Source: Patescibacteria group bacterium (GTDB taxonomy: Bacteria > Patescibacteriota > Minisyncoccia > UBA9983). From it: a stretch of DNA of 48,781 nucleotides. Below the pieces are notes generated by a model. The model did no database searches. It was given only the letters and a program-made list of their open reading frames with translations, and was not told the DNA's origin. The stretch lies in the NCBI GenBank assembly GCA_040752125.1, contig JBFMFK010000004.1:1-48781 (forward strand), in the 5' to 3' direction. A program made the position numbers and the translations under genes. Shown piece by piece: positions 26,792 through 37,189 of this stretch (position 1 is the first letter of the stretch; each line of letters opens with the position of its first letter).

Positions 26792-28078
26792 CTAAAGATT
26801 TTCTGGTCTTGCTTCAAGAGTCAATGTCACCTCTAATTGTTGATTCCCTCTTAATATCTTCAAGGTAATCTTCTGGTTGACTCTACTTTTATTTAATAAT
26901 GAAGCAAGAATATTATTGTTTATTAATTTTGTGCCGTTAAATTCCAAAATAATATCTCCTTCTCTTAATCCTGCTTTGTCAGCTGGTCCATTTTTAACAA
27001 TTGCTGGTTCAGAATTGGGACCTTTTGTTAAAAGCAGACCGTAATCAACGGGTAAATTCTTTTCTGTTTTTATCTTTGCTGTTACCATTTGATATCTCAC
27101 GCCCATAAAGGGATATTTTATCTCATTAAATTCTTTCGCATCATCAATATCTCTCTTGGCAATATTAATGGGCAAGGCAAAGCCAACATTTTGAGCACCC
27201 TGGGCCATTGCCGTATTGATTCCCACAACTTGGCCTCCCAAATTGATCAGCGGTCCGCCAGAATTTCCAGGATTGATGGCAGAGTCAGTCTGAATCAACC
27301 CTTGCAATTCTTCCTCGCCAGAAAGTGCACTGCTGGCAGTGACACTTCTGTTAAGGCCGGAAATTATCCCAAAGGAAACAGTATTCTGAAATTCTCCAAG
27401 AGCATTACCAATGGCAATAACAAATTCACCAGTTTTTAACTTATCTGAATCTCCTAAAGACAAAAATTTAAATCCATCTGCTTTTACTTTAAGAATGGCA
27501 ATATCTTGGAAAGGATCTCTGGCTAAAACTTTTGCATCTAATGTTCTGCCATCATTTAAGATGACTGAATAATCGGCACTCCTATCTTCCACAACATGTC
27601 TATTGGTGATAATCAAGCCGTCCGGAGATACAAAGAATCCTGTTCCGCTGGCAATCTGTTTTTTTTCCACACCTTTTTGCTGATATTGAGGAATTTCAAA
27701 ACCAAACCCTTCAAAAAACTGCTGGAAAAAGGGATCGTTCTGAAATGGATTGACATAATATTGTTCTATAACCGGAATATCCTTAGTTGCCACCACGCTT
27801 ACAACTGCTGGAGAAACACGTTGAGCAACATCAGCTATTGCTTCTTCTAAAGAAGCGATTGAGGCAGACATTGGCTGGGGTACAAGAGGAGAAGGTGTTT
27901 CAAGTATTCCAGGTGCAACTTTTTCAATAGTTTTTTCAACAACTCTATTTATTGTCTGAGTTAATGGCGGAGGCGCCTGATCCATAAGTGTGACAGACAC
28001 AATGCCAGTAGCAAAAGATGTTATAAAACTGACGAGAAGAACTAATAAAATAACTTGTGTTTTTGTGAGATTTTCCAT
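26792..28078 (-). CDS. htrA: HtrA/DegP-family serine protease with PDZ domain
   Basis: N-terminal TM, TNRHVV, DIA, INPGNSGGPL, C-terminal PDZ. Confidence 0.93.
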   Translation of the reverse strand: MENLTKTQVILLVLLVSFITSFATGIVSVTLMDQAPPPLTQTINRVVEKTIEKVAPGILETPSPLVPQPMSASIASLEEAIADVAQRVSPAVVSVVATKDIPVIEQYYVNPFQNDPFFQQFFEGFGFEIPQYQQKGVEKKQIASGTGFFVSPDGLIITNRHVVEDRSADYSVILNDGRTLDAKVLARDPFQDIAILKVKADGFKFLSLGDSDKLKTGEFVIAIGNALGEFQNTVSFGIISGLNRSVTASSALSGEEELQGLIQTDSAINPGNSGGPLINLGGQVVGINTAMAQGAQNVGFALPINIAKRDIDDAKEFNEIKYPFMGVRYQMVTAKIKTEKNLPVDYGLLLTKGPNSEPAIVKNGPADKAGLREGDIILEFNGTKLINNNILASLLNKSRVNQKITLKILRGNQQLEVTLTLEARPENL

Positions 28079-28112
28079 ACCTGATTGTTAATTTAAGATA
28101 TTACCATTAAGC

Positions 28113-28529
28113 TTATTTTTTGTCAATTTTTTCTGCTGCATTTTTAAAAGCGAGATTAACCAAAACAGAACAGTGAACCTTTCTGGGTGGAAGCCCGTGA
28201 AGACGTTTTAAAATATCAAGGGAGGTAATTTTTAAGGCGTCTTTTAGTTTCATTCCGCCTTTTTCAGTAACCATTTCAGAAAAAACCGATGTGGCTGCAA
28301 TGGCTGAAGCGCATCCCCATGTCCGCCATTTGAATTTTTTTATCTTTGTTGTCTTTGGATCAATTTTTATCCAAACTTTCATTATGTCGCCGCAGGCAAA
28401 ATTACCAGCCTCTCCTTCAGCATCAAACTCGCCCGTTTTTGGTTCTCTCATTAAGAAATTTTTGGGCCTGAAGAAATGCTCTTTGACTTTATTAGAATAA
28501 TACCAATTGTCTACATCTGATGATGACAT
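28113..28529 (-). CDS. iscU: IscU/NifU-like Fe-S scaffold
   Basis: ACGD, GCASAIA, KVHCS; downstream of desulfurase. Confidence 0.92.
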   Translation of the reverse strand: MSSSDVDNWYYSNKVKEHFFRPKNFLMREPKTGEFDAEGEAGNFACGDIMKVWIKIDPKTTKIKKFKWRTWGCASAIAATSVFSEMVTEKGGMKLKDALKITSLDILKRLHGLPPRKVHCSVLVNLAFKNAAEKIDKK

Positions 28530-28535
28530 AATGCA

Positions 28536-29756
28536 TTATATCTTAATCTTAACTGCTGAAATATTTCTTAATTTATTAACAGATTTTATCAAAATTTTCA
28601 TTGTATAATCAATATCGCTCTTTTTTGTTCTCTTGCCAAGAGTGAATCTGATTGAACCATGTGCATACTGATGCGATCTTCCAAGAGCCATAATCACATG
28701 TGATGGTTCCAATTTTGAAGATGTACAGGCTGAACCAGTTGAACAGGAAATTCCTGCCTTATCCAGATATAAAACTACTGATTCTCCTTCTACACCAAGA
28801 ATAGAAACATTGATATTGTTGGCTAAACGCTTTTTGGGATGGCCATTTAAGAAAACATTAGGAATCTCTGAAAGCAGTCTTTTTATAAAATAATCTCTTA
28901 ATGCAGTCAGACGACGGGATTCTCTTGTCTTCTCTTTTTGGCTAATTTTTAAGGCCTCGGCCAGACCAATTATTCCCGGAACATTTTCTGTGCCCGGCCG
29001 CAATGAATTTTCCTGTTCTCCTCCAAATAATATCGGCTGAATTTCTATTCCCTTTTTTATATATAAAACTCCGATTCCCTTTGGGCCATATATCTTTGAA
29101 CCATTAAAGGTCATAAAATCCACTCCCAATTTTTTAACATTGATATCAAGATAACTAGGTGCCTGGCAGGCATCTGTATGAAATAATGGTATTTTGTATT
29201 TAGTATTTAGTATTTTGGATTTATTTGAAATCTGCCGATTTCTGAAATTTTTGATGATCCTAGATACTTCAGAAATCGGCTGGATAGTACCTATCTCATT
29301 ATTGGCATACATTATTGAAATAAGAATTGTTTCTGGCCGCAGAACCTTTAGAAGATCGTCTGGATTAATGATGCCATTTTGACCAACATCAAGATAAGTT
29401 ACCTGAAAACCTTGCCTTTCCAAAAATTTGCAGGGATTTAAAACTGCATGATGCTCAATTTTCGTGGTGATGATATGCGGTTTAACTTTCCTAGCAAGCC
29501 GTTTGGCCACTCCCAAAATTGCCAAGTTGTCGCTCTCTGTTCCTCCATTGGTAAAAATTATCTCTTCAGATTCTGCTCCTATTATTTTCGCGATGCGCTT
29601 ACGTGATTCTTCTATCGCCTGTTTTGCAATTCTTCCCTCTTTATAAATGGAACTGGGATTGCCAAATTTCTCAATCAAAAATTCACCCATTGCCTTTTTG
29701 ACTCTAGAATCAATATAAGTTGTGGCTGCATGATCAAGATAGATGCGTTTTTTCAT
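28536..29756 (-). CDS. iscS: Cysteine desulfurase
   Basis: YLDHAATT, NNEIGTIQP, HTDACQ, KIYGPKG, STGSACT; start 29756. Confidence 0.95.
   Translation of the reverse strand: MKKRIYLDHAATTYIDSRVKKAMGEFLIEKFGNPSSIYKEGRIAKQAIEESRKRIAKIIGAESEEIIFTNGGTESDNLAILGVAKRLARKVKPHIITTKIEHHAVLNPCKFLERQGFQVTYLDVGQNGIINPDDLLKVLRPETILISIMYANNEIGTIQPISEVSRIIKNFRNRQISNKSKILNTKYKIPLFHTDACQAPSYLDINVKKLGVDFMTFNGSKIYGPKGIGVLYIKKGIEIQPILFGGEQENSLRPGTENVPGIIGLAEALKISQKEKTRESRRLTALRDYFIKRLLSEIPNVFLNGHPKKRLANNINVSILGVEGESVVLYLDKAGISCSTGSACTSSKLEPSHVIMALGRSHQYAHGSIRFTLGKRTKKSDIDYTMKILIKSVNKLRNISAVKIKI
29189..29231. repeat. Heptamer-based 43-nt tract in iscS
   Basis: (GTATTTN)n; 39/43 identical to 48715-48757. Confidence 0.8.
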
Positions 29757-29828
29757 AGCCACCTCTCGGATTTGAACCGAGGACCTACTGTTTACAAAAC
29801 AGTTGCTCTGCCGCTGAGCTAAGGTGGC
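29757..29828 (-). tRNA. tRNA-Thr(TGT)
   Basis: Acceptor GCCACCT/AGGTGGC, ACTGT-TTTGTAA-ACAGT anticodon arm, GGTTCAAATCC; no CCA. Confidence 0.95.
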
Positions 29829-29844
29829 AAATTGTCTTGGAGAT

Positions 29845-30258
29845 TTAATGAGAACTATCTTTGTTGTTGCCGTTTAAGTTGTTTTTAAATTCTATGATAT
29901 CCTCCCAATACTTTGACCCGTTACCGTTGGAACCACTATTGATTATTCTGTATTTTCCTCTTATACGATTGTCTATTTTCAAAAGAAATTGTTCAATTTT
30001 CTTCACTACGATCCCGATTTTGAAAATAATTTTTTCAGCACATTGATAGAAAACTGGAATCAATCTCTTTTGAAGAAAAAACTTGGCCTTGATTAAAAAT
30101 TCTTTGCTGATTTCTTTAAGGGAAACCTTTGGTAAAATAATCGTTTCAGTCGTCTCGCCTGAAGAAGATTTTCTAAGTTCAACAAGATGTCTGCTTATCA
30201 TTATTGTCATAATTGATCCTGAAAATAACATTAGAAAGATTAAAATGTAAATTGACAT
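29845..30258 (-). CDS. Hypothetical membrane-anchored protein
   Basis: 137-aa ORF with N-terminal hydrophobic helix, co-oriented 4 nt after tsf. Confidence 0.7.
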   Translation of the reverse strand: MSIYILIFLMLFSGSIMTIMISRHLVELRKSSSGETTETIILPKVSLKEISKEFLIKAKFFLQKRLIPVFYQCAEKIIFKIGIVVKKIEQFLLKIDNRIRGKYRIINSGSNGNGSKYWEDIIEFKNNLNGNNKDSSH

Positions 30259-30262
30259 ATTT

Positions 30263-30715
30263 TTATTTTAGAGAATAACGTATAAAACGGCTTATCTCAA
30301 TATTCTCTCCGAATTTTTGGATGGTATCTTTTAGATATTGATTAACAGTAATCTGAGGGTTTTTAATATAATTCTGGTCAAGCAGATCTTCAACAGATGT
30401 TGGAGCGGAAGCAGTAATGTGCATGGCAATATTATGGACGAATTTCTGAAAGTCTTCATTTTTGGCAACGAAATCAGTCTCACATCTAATTTCTATCAAA
30501 ACGCCTATCTGTTTCGTGGCGTGTATATAAGAATCAATGATTCCTGCCTTTACAGCCCTTTCTGATTTTTTTTCTGCAATTTCAGCTCCTTCCTCTCTAA
30601 GAATCCGGAGAGCCTTCTCCAGATCGCCTCCTGCCTTCTCCAAAGCATTTTTACAGGCCATTACAGAAATATTTGTTTTGTTTCTTAATTCTTTGATTTG
30701 TTCAGTGGAAATCAT
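30263..30715 (-). CDS. tsf: Elongation factor Ts (short form)
   Basis: IKELR...MACKNAL, CETDFVA, GENIEISRF; follows rpsB. Confidence 0.95.
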   Translation of the reverse strand: MISTEQIKELRNKTNISVMACKNALEKAGGDLEKALRILREEGAEIAEKKSERAVKAGIIDSYIHATKQIGVLIEIRCETDFVAKNEDFQKFVHNIAMHITASAPTSVEDLLDQNYIKNPQITVNQYLKDTIQKFGENIEISRFIRYSLK

Positions 30716-30724
30716 ATCTTAATT

Positions 30725-31435
30725 TTATTCATTTTTCTCCTTAGCCTGATCTTTTAAGCCTTCTTTGTAAGCATCTGTCAATTCGCTGATGATATACTGA
30801 ATACTAGAAAGAGAATTATCATTAGCTGGAATCGGATAATCAGCATCTTCTGGATTGCAATCGCTGTTAACAATAGCAATAATAGGAATAGAAACTTTCT
30901 TTGCCTCAGCAATTGCATTCTTCTCCTCTTTTGAATCAACAATTATTAATGCAGCTGGTAATGATTCCCATTTTCCCAAACCTCCAAAGTTTCTCTTTAA
31001 ATCAGAAATCTCTTTTTCAATTTTCAATCTTTCTTGTTTTGTGTATTTGTTTAATTCTCCAGATTCTCTTTTTTTAATTAAATCATCCATATAATTCATT
31101 CTGTTTCTAATGACCTTGAAATTGGTCAAAATCCCACCCAGCCATCTTTCACTAACAAAAGGCATATCAATAGTCTTAGAAAATTCTTCAATAATCTTTT
31201 TTGCTTCAATTTTGGTGCCAACAAAGAGAATCTTCCTGTTTTCTCTCCCTAGATTTCTGACGAAATTTTTAGCTTCTTCCAATTTTTGGACTGTCTTATC
31301 GAGATCAAAGATCTCAATATTATTTCTCGCACCAAAAATATAGGGGCTCATCCGGGGATGTCTTCTGGAACGCGAATAACCAAAATGCATTCCTGCCTTC
31401 GTCATTTCCTCTAATTTATTTTTTTCAGCCAACAT
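30725..31435 (-). CDS. rpsB: 30S ribosomal protein S2
   Basis: AGMHFG, LFVGTK, RWLGGILTNF, PANDNS. Confidence 0.97.
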   Translation of the reverse strand: MLAEKNKLEEMTKAGMHFGYSRSRRHPRMSPYIFGARNNIEIFDLDKTVQKLEEAKNFVRNLGRENRKILFVGTKIEAKKIIEEFSKTIDMPFVSERWLGGILTNFKVIRNRMNYMDDLIKKRESGELNKYTKQERLKIEKEISDLKRNFGGLGKWESLPAALIIVDSKEEKNAIAEAKKVSIPIIAIVNSDCNPEDADYPIPANDNSLSSIQYIISELTDAYKEGLKDQAKEKNE

Positions 31436-31524
31436 TTCTTAAAGATAACAGATTAGTTAAGAGATTACAAGACCGCCTTGAATCTAAACAAAGAAAAGAT
31501 GTTTATTTAGGTTTTATTTCAGGC

Positions 31525-33057
31525 TCAAAGCTGACGCCAACCTCGATTAATGGATGATAAATTAAGGGGAATGGAAATTGTTCTTATAAGACCGCCGCCA
31601 GTACCTGTAACAGTAATGTAATAAAGCCCTCTAGGTGTATTATTGGGAATACTGTTTGAAGTAAATGAAGAGCCGACATTATATTCTGATGAAGTTAATA
31701 AAGAATCAGAAAAGACATCTGTGGCGCCAGGAATGACAGTTGAAATATCTGAAGTCAAGGCAACATCAGAATTAAAACTTGTTCCCATAATATCAATGAT
31801 CAATTGTACTGTAGAACATGTTACTCCCAAGCTGCCTCTGAGAGTGCACAAAAGCGGCTTATCACCTACATTGATTATTCTGAAATCTTGCAAGCCTGCA
31901 CAGGCAATCGGACTGATGGGGCCTGCTTGATTAGAATAACCAGAACAACCCATACCATTGCATGCTCTCATTCTGTAGGTATAATTATTAGCCACAACCA
32001 CAGTTGAATCAGTATAATTAGTAACATTTGCTCCAACTGTTGCTATTTGGCCAAAGGCTCCAGCACCAGTTTTTCTTTCTATTCTAAATTCTGTTTCATT
32101 ATTAGAGTTATCTGTCCAACTAAGTCTGATTTCTTCACAACTAGCATCGGAGGCGAGAAGATTAGTTGGATCATTTGGAACAGAGGGACTGTTGACTGTA
32201 ATAGATTCGTTATCTGTATCCAGAAAACCTATAGTCTGATAGGCAATAACTTTTGGATTATAACCGCCGGGGTTATTATAGGTATGATTTACAATTTTAA
32301 AATCACTAATTTGATCAAGAAACTGTATACCTATGGAACTATTAGAAGGATCGCCGCAGGCAGCTATGACCGTTGCAAGATCTGAACTGACATTACTGCA
32401 ATCCCACCAGAAATAATAATCTATTGGTAAACCAGGCATGCTTGAAGCAACATCAGCCCTGAGAGTAGTATCTAAAGGTGCATCGCCACTAATGGGATTA
32501 ACCGAGAGATCTACCATTAAACCACTTACAAAACCACCCAATACCACCCCTTCAAAATCAATCCAGCCGACTACATCAGATCCCCATGCCCAATTATCAA
32601 GTTCACCAGTTGGTCCTACTGTCACTTTATAATTAGATACTGCACAACCACTGCCGCTATTATTACAATTCAAACTGATCCAGCCGTCCCAACCGTCTGT
32701 TCTGGAGGCACTGTTACAATCACCATTTATAGTGCCAGCGCAGGCTCGGATCCAGCCAGTAAGAGACGCGGAAGGCATATCAACTTCGGCAGATGGATGA
32801 TTGGCATCTGTCGCGTCAAAACTTATCCAGCCGATATTGTCTGACCAGGCATAGCCAGATAATTCAAATGTTGTGTTATTAAATTGGACTCCTCCAAAAG
32901 CAGGGTCAAATTGAATCCAGCCAATTGTGTCTGACCAGGCATAGCCAGTGACAGAAAAAGTTGCTGCCGAAGCAATCTGACAAAAGGATAAAATACCAAG
33001 AGAAACGCCTAAAATACCGATACCGATTTTCACTAATAAAGATTTGGAGTCAGACAT
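31525..33057 (-). CDS. Secreted/surface protein with GYAWSDxIGWI repeats, PKD-like and fibronectin type III domains
   Basis: Signal peptide, repeated GYAWSD(T/N)IGWI, GDAPL..., LSWTDNSNNETEFRIER, YTYRMRACN. Confidence 0.8.
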   Translation of the reverse strand: MSDSKSLLVKIGIGILGVSLGILSFCQIASAATFSVTGYAWSDTIGWIQFDPAFGGVQFNNTTFELSGYAWSDNIGWISFDATDANHPSAEVDMPSASLTGWIRACAGTINGDCNSASRTDGWDGWISLNCNNSGSGCAVSNYKVTVGPTGELDNWAWGSDVVGWIDFEGVVLGGFVSGLMVDLSVNPISGDAPLDTTLRADVASSMPGLPIDYYFWWDCSNVSSDLATVIAACGDPSNSSIGIQFLDQISDFKIVNHTYNNPGGYNPKVIAYQTIGFLDTDNESITVNSPSVPNDPTNLLASDASCEEIRLSWTDNSNNETEFRIERKTGAGAFGQIATVGANVTNYTDSTVVVANNYTYRMRACNGMGCSGYSNQAGPISPIACAGLQDFRIINVGDKPLLCTLRGSLGVTCSTVQLIIDIMGTSFNSDVALTSDISTVIPGATDVFSDSLLTSSEYNVGSSFTSNSIPNNTPRGLYYITVTGTGGGLIRTISIPLNLSSINRGWRQL

Positions 33058-33154
33058 CTTGATATTTATTTTAGCATATTTATAAGTCTGAACAAACAAA
33101 CTGTGGATATAAAAAAAGTTGCTTTTTAATAGAGAGTGTGTAAAATAAGACAAT

Positions 33155-33385
33155 ATGAAAAAAAATATCCATCCTCAATACTTCCCACGGGCAGAAATAA
33201 AATGCACTTGCGGAAATAAACTAATCGTGGGTTCTACAAAGGAAAAAATAGAAATTGAGATCTGCAGCCATTGTCATCCTTTTTTTACGGGCAAAGAAAA
33301 ACTGATTGATACTGCTGGAAGAGTGGAAAAATTCAAGGCTAGAAGAGAAAAATCTCGTCAATCACTAAGAAACAAGAAACAATAA
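33155..33385 (+). CDS. rpmE: 50S ribosomal protein L31
   Basis: MKKNIHPQY, CTCG, CSHCHPFFTG, GRVEKF. Confidence 0.97.
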   Translation: MKKNIHPQYFPRAEIKCTCGNKLIVGSTKEKIEIEICSHCHPFFTGKEKLIDTAGRVEKFKARREKSRQSLRNKKQ

Positions 33386-33435
33386 CCAAATAGTTTGGGT
33401 ATTGAGATTTTGAATTTGTTTGGTTATTGTATCTT
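33374..33435. repeat. 17-bp inverted repeat around a heptamer-like tract
   Basis: AAGAAACAATAACCAAA (33374-33390) pairs 16/17 with TTTGGTTATTGTATCTT (33419-33435). Confidence 0.7.
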
Positions 33436-34164
33436 ATGAACATCAATTCAATTATTTTAGAAATTCGTGCTGGCACCGGAGGTAAGGAAGCCTCTCTCTT
33501 TGCTGCTGATTTGGCAAATATGTATACTAAATATGCTGCCAAAAAAAACTGGAGAATATTAACCATAGATGAATCAAAAAGCGAATTGGGTGGCTATAAA
33601 GAAATAGTCTTTGAAATTTCTGGAGAAAGGGTTTATGAAAAATTAAAGTATGAGAGTGGCGTCCATCGTGTTCAAAGAGTGCCAGTAACAGAAAAGTCTG
33701 GAAGAATACATACTTCCACGGCTTCTGTGGCTATCTTGCTGGAACAAAAACAGGAAAAGATAGATATAAGACCCGAAGATCTGGAAATTTCCTTTGCTAG
33801 ATCAGGAGGACCGGGCGGACAAAATGTCAACAAAGTTGAAACAGCAGTAAGGCTAACGCATAAACCGACAGGAATTGTTGTGGCATGTCAAAGTGAACGT
33901 TCTCAGCAGAGAAATCGAGAAAAGGCTCTGGCAATCCTTAATCTAAAACTCACTGAAATAAAACACCAACAAGAAGAAATAAAGACATCGGAAGAAAGAA
34001 AAAAACAGATAGGCACTCAGGAGAGAGCTGAAAAAATCAGAACCTATAATTTCTTGCAGGATAGAGTTACTGATCATCGCATCCAAAAATCTTGGCACAA
34101 TATTGAAAAAATGATGGAGGGCAATCTTGATCAGATTGTTGATAAATTAAAAATCTTAAATTAA
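33436..34164 (+). CDS. prfA: Peptide chain release factor 1, lacking N-terminal domain
   Basis: [23 protein letters not shown] (PxT), [14 protein letters not shown]; about 242 aa. Confidence 0.88.
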   Translation: MNINSIILEIRAGTGGKEASLFAADLANMYTKYAAKKNWRILTIDESKSELGGYKEIVFEISGERVYEKLKYESGVHRVQRVPVTEKSGRIHTSTASVAILLEQKQEKIDIRPEDLEISFARSGGPGGQNVNKVETAVRLTHKPTGIVVACQSERSQQRNREKALAILNLKLTEIKHQQEEIKTSEERKKQIGTQERAEKIRTYNFLQDRVTDHRIQKSWHNIEKMMEGNLDQIVDKLKILN

Positions 34165-35468
34165 AGACTTGCCAAAATATCCATCTGGCCTTGATACTTT
34201 GCAGCTAAATCCATTACATCATCTCCATAGAAGCTATACGCTGGTTTGCTCCAATTTGAACCAGCTAAATATTTTAATGCTGCCTTTCTCTCTGACGCAT
34301 AGCCACCATTTGCAGCACCATTGTCTTTCAAAAGGAGGGCTGCGGCAACAAATGCATCTTTTGGATCCCAGGGATTGGGAGGATAATGACCGGTGATGCT
34401 GGCAATGCTATCTTTGTATAATTGCCAAGTAGTGGGCATAAACTGGGCCGGACCCATTGCTCCTCCGCAATAACCATACCAAGCCTTTTTAGAAACCGGC
34501 ATTGCATCTGGATCCAAACCTAATTCATTGGTTATCTGAATAAAAGCAGTGCGCTGGTTTTTGCATTTAGAATTTGATAAATCTACTTTCCAATTACCTG
34601 TTCCGACATTTTCTCCAAGGTTTGACTCCTCTGCAATAACACCTAAGAGAAAAGCAGCCCTGACCCCAGTTGCTTTACTGGCAAGATTGGCGTATTCCAC
34701 TGCCTTTTCAAAGGGAATGGCGGCTGTGCCTCTTAACATAAAAAGCGCGGTCCTGATTTTGGCTGCATCTTTCTGTTTAGAATTAACAATGTCTTGATAT
34801 TTCTTCTCCTCGCCTTTAGTCAGCTTGAGAATATTTTTTTTCTCAACTCCAGCTTCTTCCAATCTTATTTTCTCAAGCTCTTGCATGGCTTTAAGCTGGG
34901 TTTCTTCTGATTTTTTATTTTCTAAATCGTCTTTTTCTTTTTCAGTGGAAATTTTAGAATCTCTAATTTTATCCATAGAATCCTGAATGTCTCTATGAAT
35001 AGATTCAAAAGTATCAAAATCAACGAAAAAATCAGAAAGTTTGTCATATCCCAAGACAATTTCTATCAAAGACATAGAATCCAATTCATTTGCTTTTCTG
35101 ACAACAGCAGCCAGAGATGCCTTTTCTCGGTCAATCTTATCCATTAGAGATCCAATGACCTCTGTTTTCTCTTTTATGCCAGAATTTAATTCAGCAATCA
35201 TAATATTTCTGGCCTTGATGCTTAGACGTGCTTTCTCAATCTTAGCATTTAAAATATCAATATCGCGTTCTAACGTGGTAGACTGTTTTTGTTTTTCCTG
35301 AATGATGCTGCGGTATTGATCAATCTGACTCTCCAATTGCCTCAACTCTTGCTCAAGTTGCTCCCTTCGCTGTGCAATTGTAGCAGAATCAACTTCTGCG
35401 GAAAGAAAAAACTGCGGCGCAGAAAAAAATGATGAGAGAAAAAGGATAATCAAAAGAAAGATGCGCAT
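34161..35468 (-). CDS. Secreted coiled-coil lytic transglycosylase-like protein
   Basis: Signal peptide, long coiled coil, [26 protein letters not shown]. Confidence 0.85.
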   Translation of the reverse strand: MRIFLLIILFLSSFFSAPQFFLSAEVDSATIAQRREQLEQELRQLESQIDQYRSIIQEKQKQSTTLERDIDILNAKIEKARLSIKARNIMIAELNSGIKEKTEVIGSLMDKIDREKASLAAVVRKANELDSMSLIEIVLGYDKLSDFFVDFDTFESIHRDIQDSMDKIRDSKISTEKEKDDLENKKSEETQLKAMQELEKIRLEEAGVEKKNILKLTKGEEKKYQDIVNSKQKDAAKIRTALFMLRGTAAIPFEKAVEYANLASKATGVRAAFLLGVIAEESNLGENVGTGNWKVDLSNSKCKNQRTAFIQITNELGLDPDAMPVSKKAWYGYCGGAMGPAQFMPTTWQLYKDSIASITGHYPPNPWDPKDAFVAAALLLKDNGAANGGYASERKAALKYLAGSNWSKPAYSFYGDDVMDLAAKYQGQMDILASL

Positions 35469-35487
35469 GGATAAATTTTCAAAAAAA

Positions 35488-36138
35488 TTATTTACTTTCC
35501 TCAGTTCCCTCTTCTGTGAGTTTCTTGCCTTTTTGCTCTACCTCAATATCTTCTATTTTCATCTCCGTTTTAATTTCTTCCTCTTGAGGCTTTTCTACAA
35601 GAATCACTATCTCTTCAGGTTTTGCAGAAATCTCCACATCTGGAGGAAGATTAAGATCTCCTACGCTTATTTGATCTTCTATCTCTTTCAGGTGGGAAAT
35701 ATCAACAATTATCTCCTTAGGTAAATTTTTTGGCAAGGCCTCTACCTTAAGTTCATGGAGAACTTTAACCAAAATTCCTCCTTTTTCTTTCACAGCCGGA
35801 GAAACGCCTTGAAAGATTATAGGTACATTAGCAGTAATTGGCCTATCCATTTCAACTCTGTAAAAATCAATATGGATAGGTTCATTATTAATCGGTTCTA
35901 GGGCAACATCTTTGATGAGAACATCAATTTTCTTTTTTTCTTCAGCCAAATTCAACTCTATGACAGCTGATTCTCCCGCCTCTTTCCAAATCCTTCTAAA
36001 ATCCATTGCTGGAACAAAAAGAGATTTTGTTTCAAATGATTTGCCATATAAAACAGCAGGGATCTTGCCTTCCTTTCTTGCTGATTTTAATTTTTTCCCG
36101 AAAACATTGCGTTTTTCAGCATATATCTGCAGAGTCAT
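35488..36138 (-). CDS. rplY: 50S ribosomal protein L25/Ctc
   Basis: GKIPAVLYG, HIDFY, LPKNLP; acidic tail. Confidence 0.95.
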   Translation of the reverse strand: MTLQIYAEKRNVFGKKLKSARKEGKIPAVLYGKSFETKSLFVPAMDFRRIWKEAGESAVIELNLAEEKKKIDVLIKDVALEPINNEPIHIDFYRVEMDRPITANVPIIFQGVSPAVKEKGGILVKVLHELKVEALPKNLPKEIIVDISHLKEIEDQISVGDLNLPPDVEISAKPEEIVILVEKPQEEEIKTEMKIEDIEVEQKGKKLTEEGTEESK

Positions 36139-36159
36139 ATAGAATAAATGTTATCTCAT

Positions 36160-37128
36160 CTAACCTATTTTTACAAGATTTGGAGGAACTTGGTTTTCTA
36201 AGGCAGCAATAATATTATCCGCTGCCATTTCAGACATTTTTGATCTGGTCTCCAATGTGGCTGAAGCTATATGAGGAGTCAAGATAACATTATCAAGTTT
36301 TTCCAATCCTTTGGCAAGCTTTGGTTCTTCTTCAAAAACATCTAGGGCCGCCCCTTTTATAATCTTGTTTTTCAAAGCTTCAACTAGCGCCTTTTCATCA
36401 ATGACCGGTCCGCGCGATGTATTGACCAGATAGGCAGTTGGTTTCATTATCTTTAATCTTTCTGTGTTTATCAGATGCTTGGTGCTTTCTAAAAGAGGAA
36501 CGTGGATTGATACAAAATCTGATTCTTTTAGCAAATCATTGATTTCTTTATATTGGGCATTAAATTGTTTCTCAAAATTTTCATCGCGTTTTATGTCATA
36601 ATAAATCACTCTCATATCAAACCCGCGCGCCCCATGATAGGCCACTCGCGAACCAATTCTGCCTAATCCGATAATGCCTAAAGTTTTATGCGACAAATCG
36701 TCTCCTAAAAGAAGCATTGGCCCCCATCCTTGAAATTTTCCTCTTTTCACAAACCTATCTGCTTCAGATAGACGATGCGCAATCGCCATCATTAAAGCAA
36801 AGGTATGTTCTGCCACAGTTTCTGTTAATACCCCGGGTGTATTAGTTATCATCACCTTTCTCTCTTGAGCAGCCTTCAAATCAATATTATTGTATCCAAC
36901 CGCATAATTGGCAAAAATTTTGGCTGTTGGCACTGCGTCAAAAATTTCGGCATCAATCGTATCAGTCAGAAGACAGAAAAGAGCATCATACGGCTTTTGT
37001 TTTAAGGCCTTAATGAGCTCTTTTTTAGAAAGAACTTCATCTTTGGGATTAATATCAATTTCATAACCCCTCTCTTTTAATTTATTAATTCCGCTCTGCG
37101 GAATTTTCCGCGTGATATAAATCTTCAT
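36160..37128 (-). CDS. D-2-hydroxyacid dehydrogenase (glyoxylate reductase/D-glycerate dehydrogenase-like)
   Basis: AVGYNNID, GLGRIG, NTSRG, LDVFEEEP, PHIASA; start set at MKIYITRK. Confidence 0.92.
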   Translation of the reverse strand: MKIYITRKIPQSGINKLKERGYEIDINPKDEVLSKKELIKALKQKPYDALFCLLTDTIDAEIFDAVPTAKIFANYAVGYNNIDLKAAQERKVMITNTPGVLTETVAEHTFALMMAIAHRLSEADRFVKRGKFQGWGPMLLLGDDLSHKTLGIIGLGRIGSRVAYHGARGFDMRVIYYDIKRDENFEKQFNAQYKEINDLLKESDFVSIHVPLLESTKHLINTERLKIMKPTAYLVNTSRGPVIDEKALVEALKNKIIKGAALDVFEEEPKLAKGLEKLDNVILTPHIASATLETRSKMSEMAADNIIAALENQVPPNLVKIG

Positions 37129-37189
37129 ATAATTTAATTTTAACTTATTCACTCAATAAAAACAATTTTCACCTCTCACCTCTTTCCTT

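Noticed and set aside
32825-32948. Direct DNA repeat in the surface protein gene as a mobile or DGR-type repeat
   Set aside because: Explained by the in-frame GYAWSDxIGWI protein repeat; no reverse transcriptase in the window
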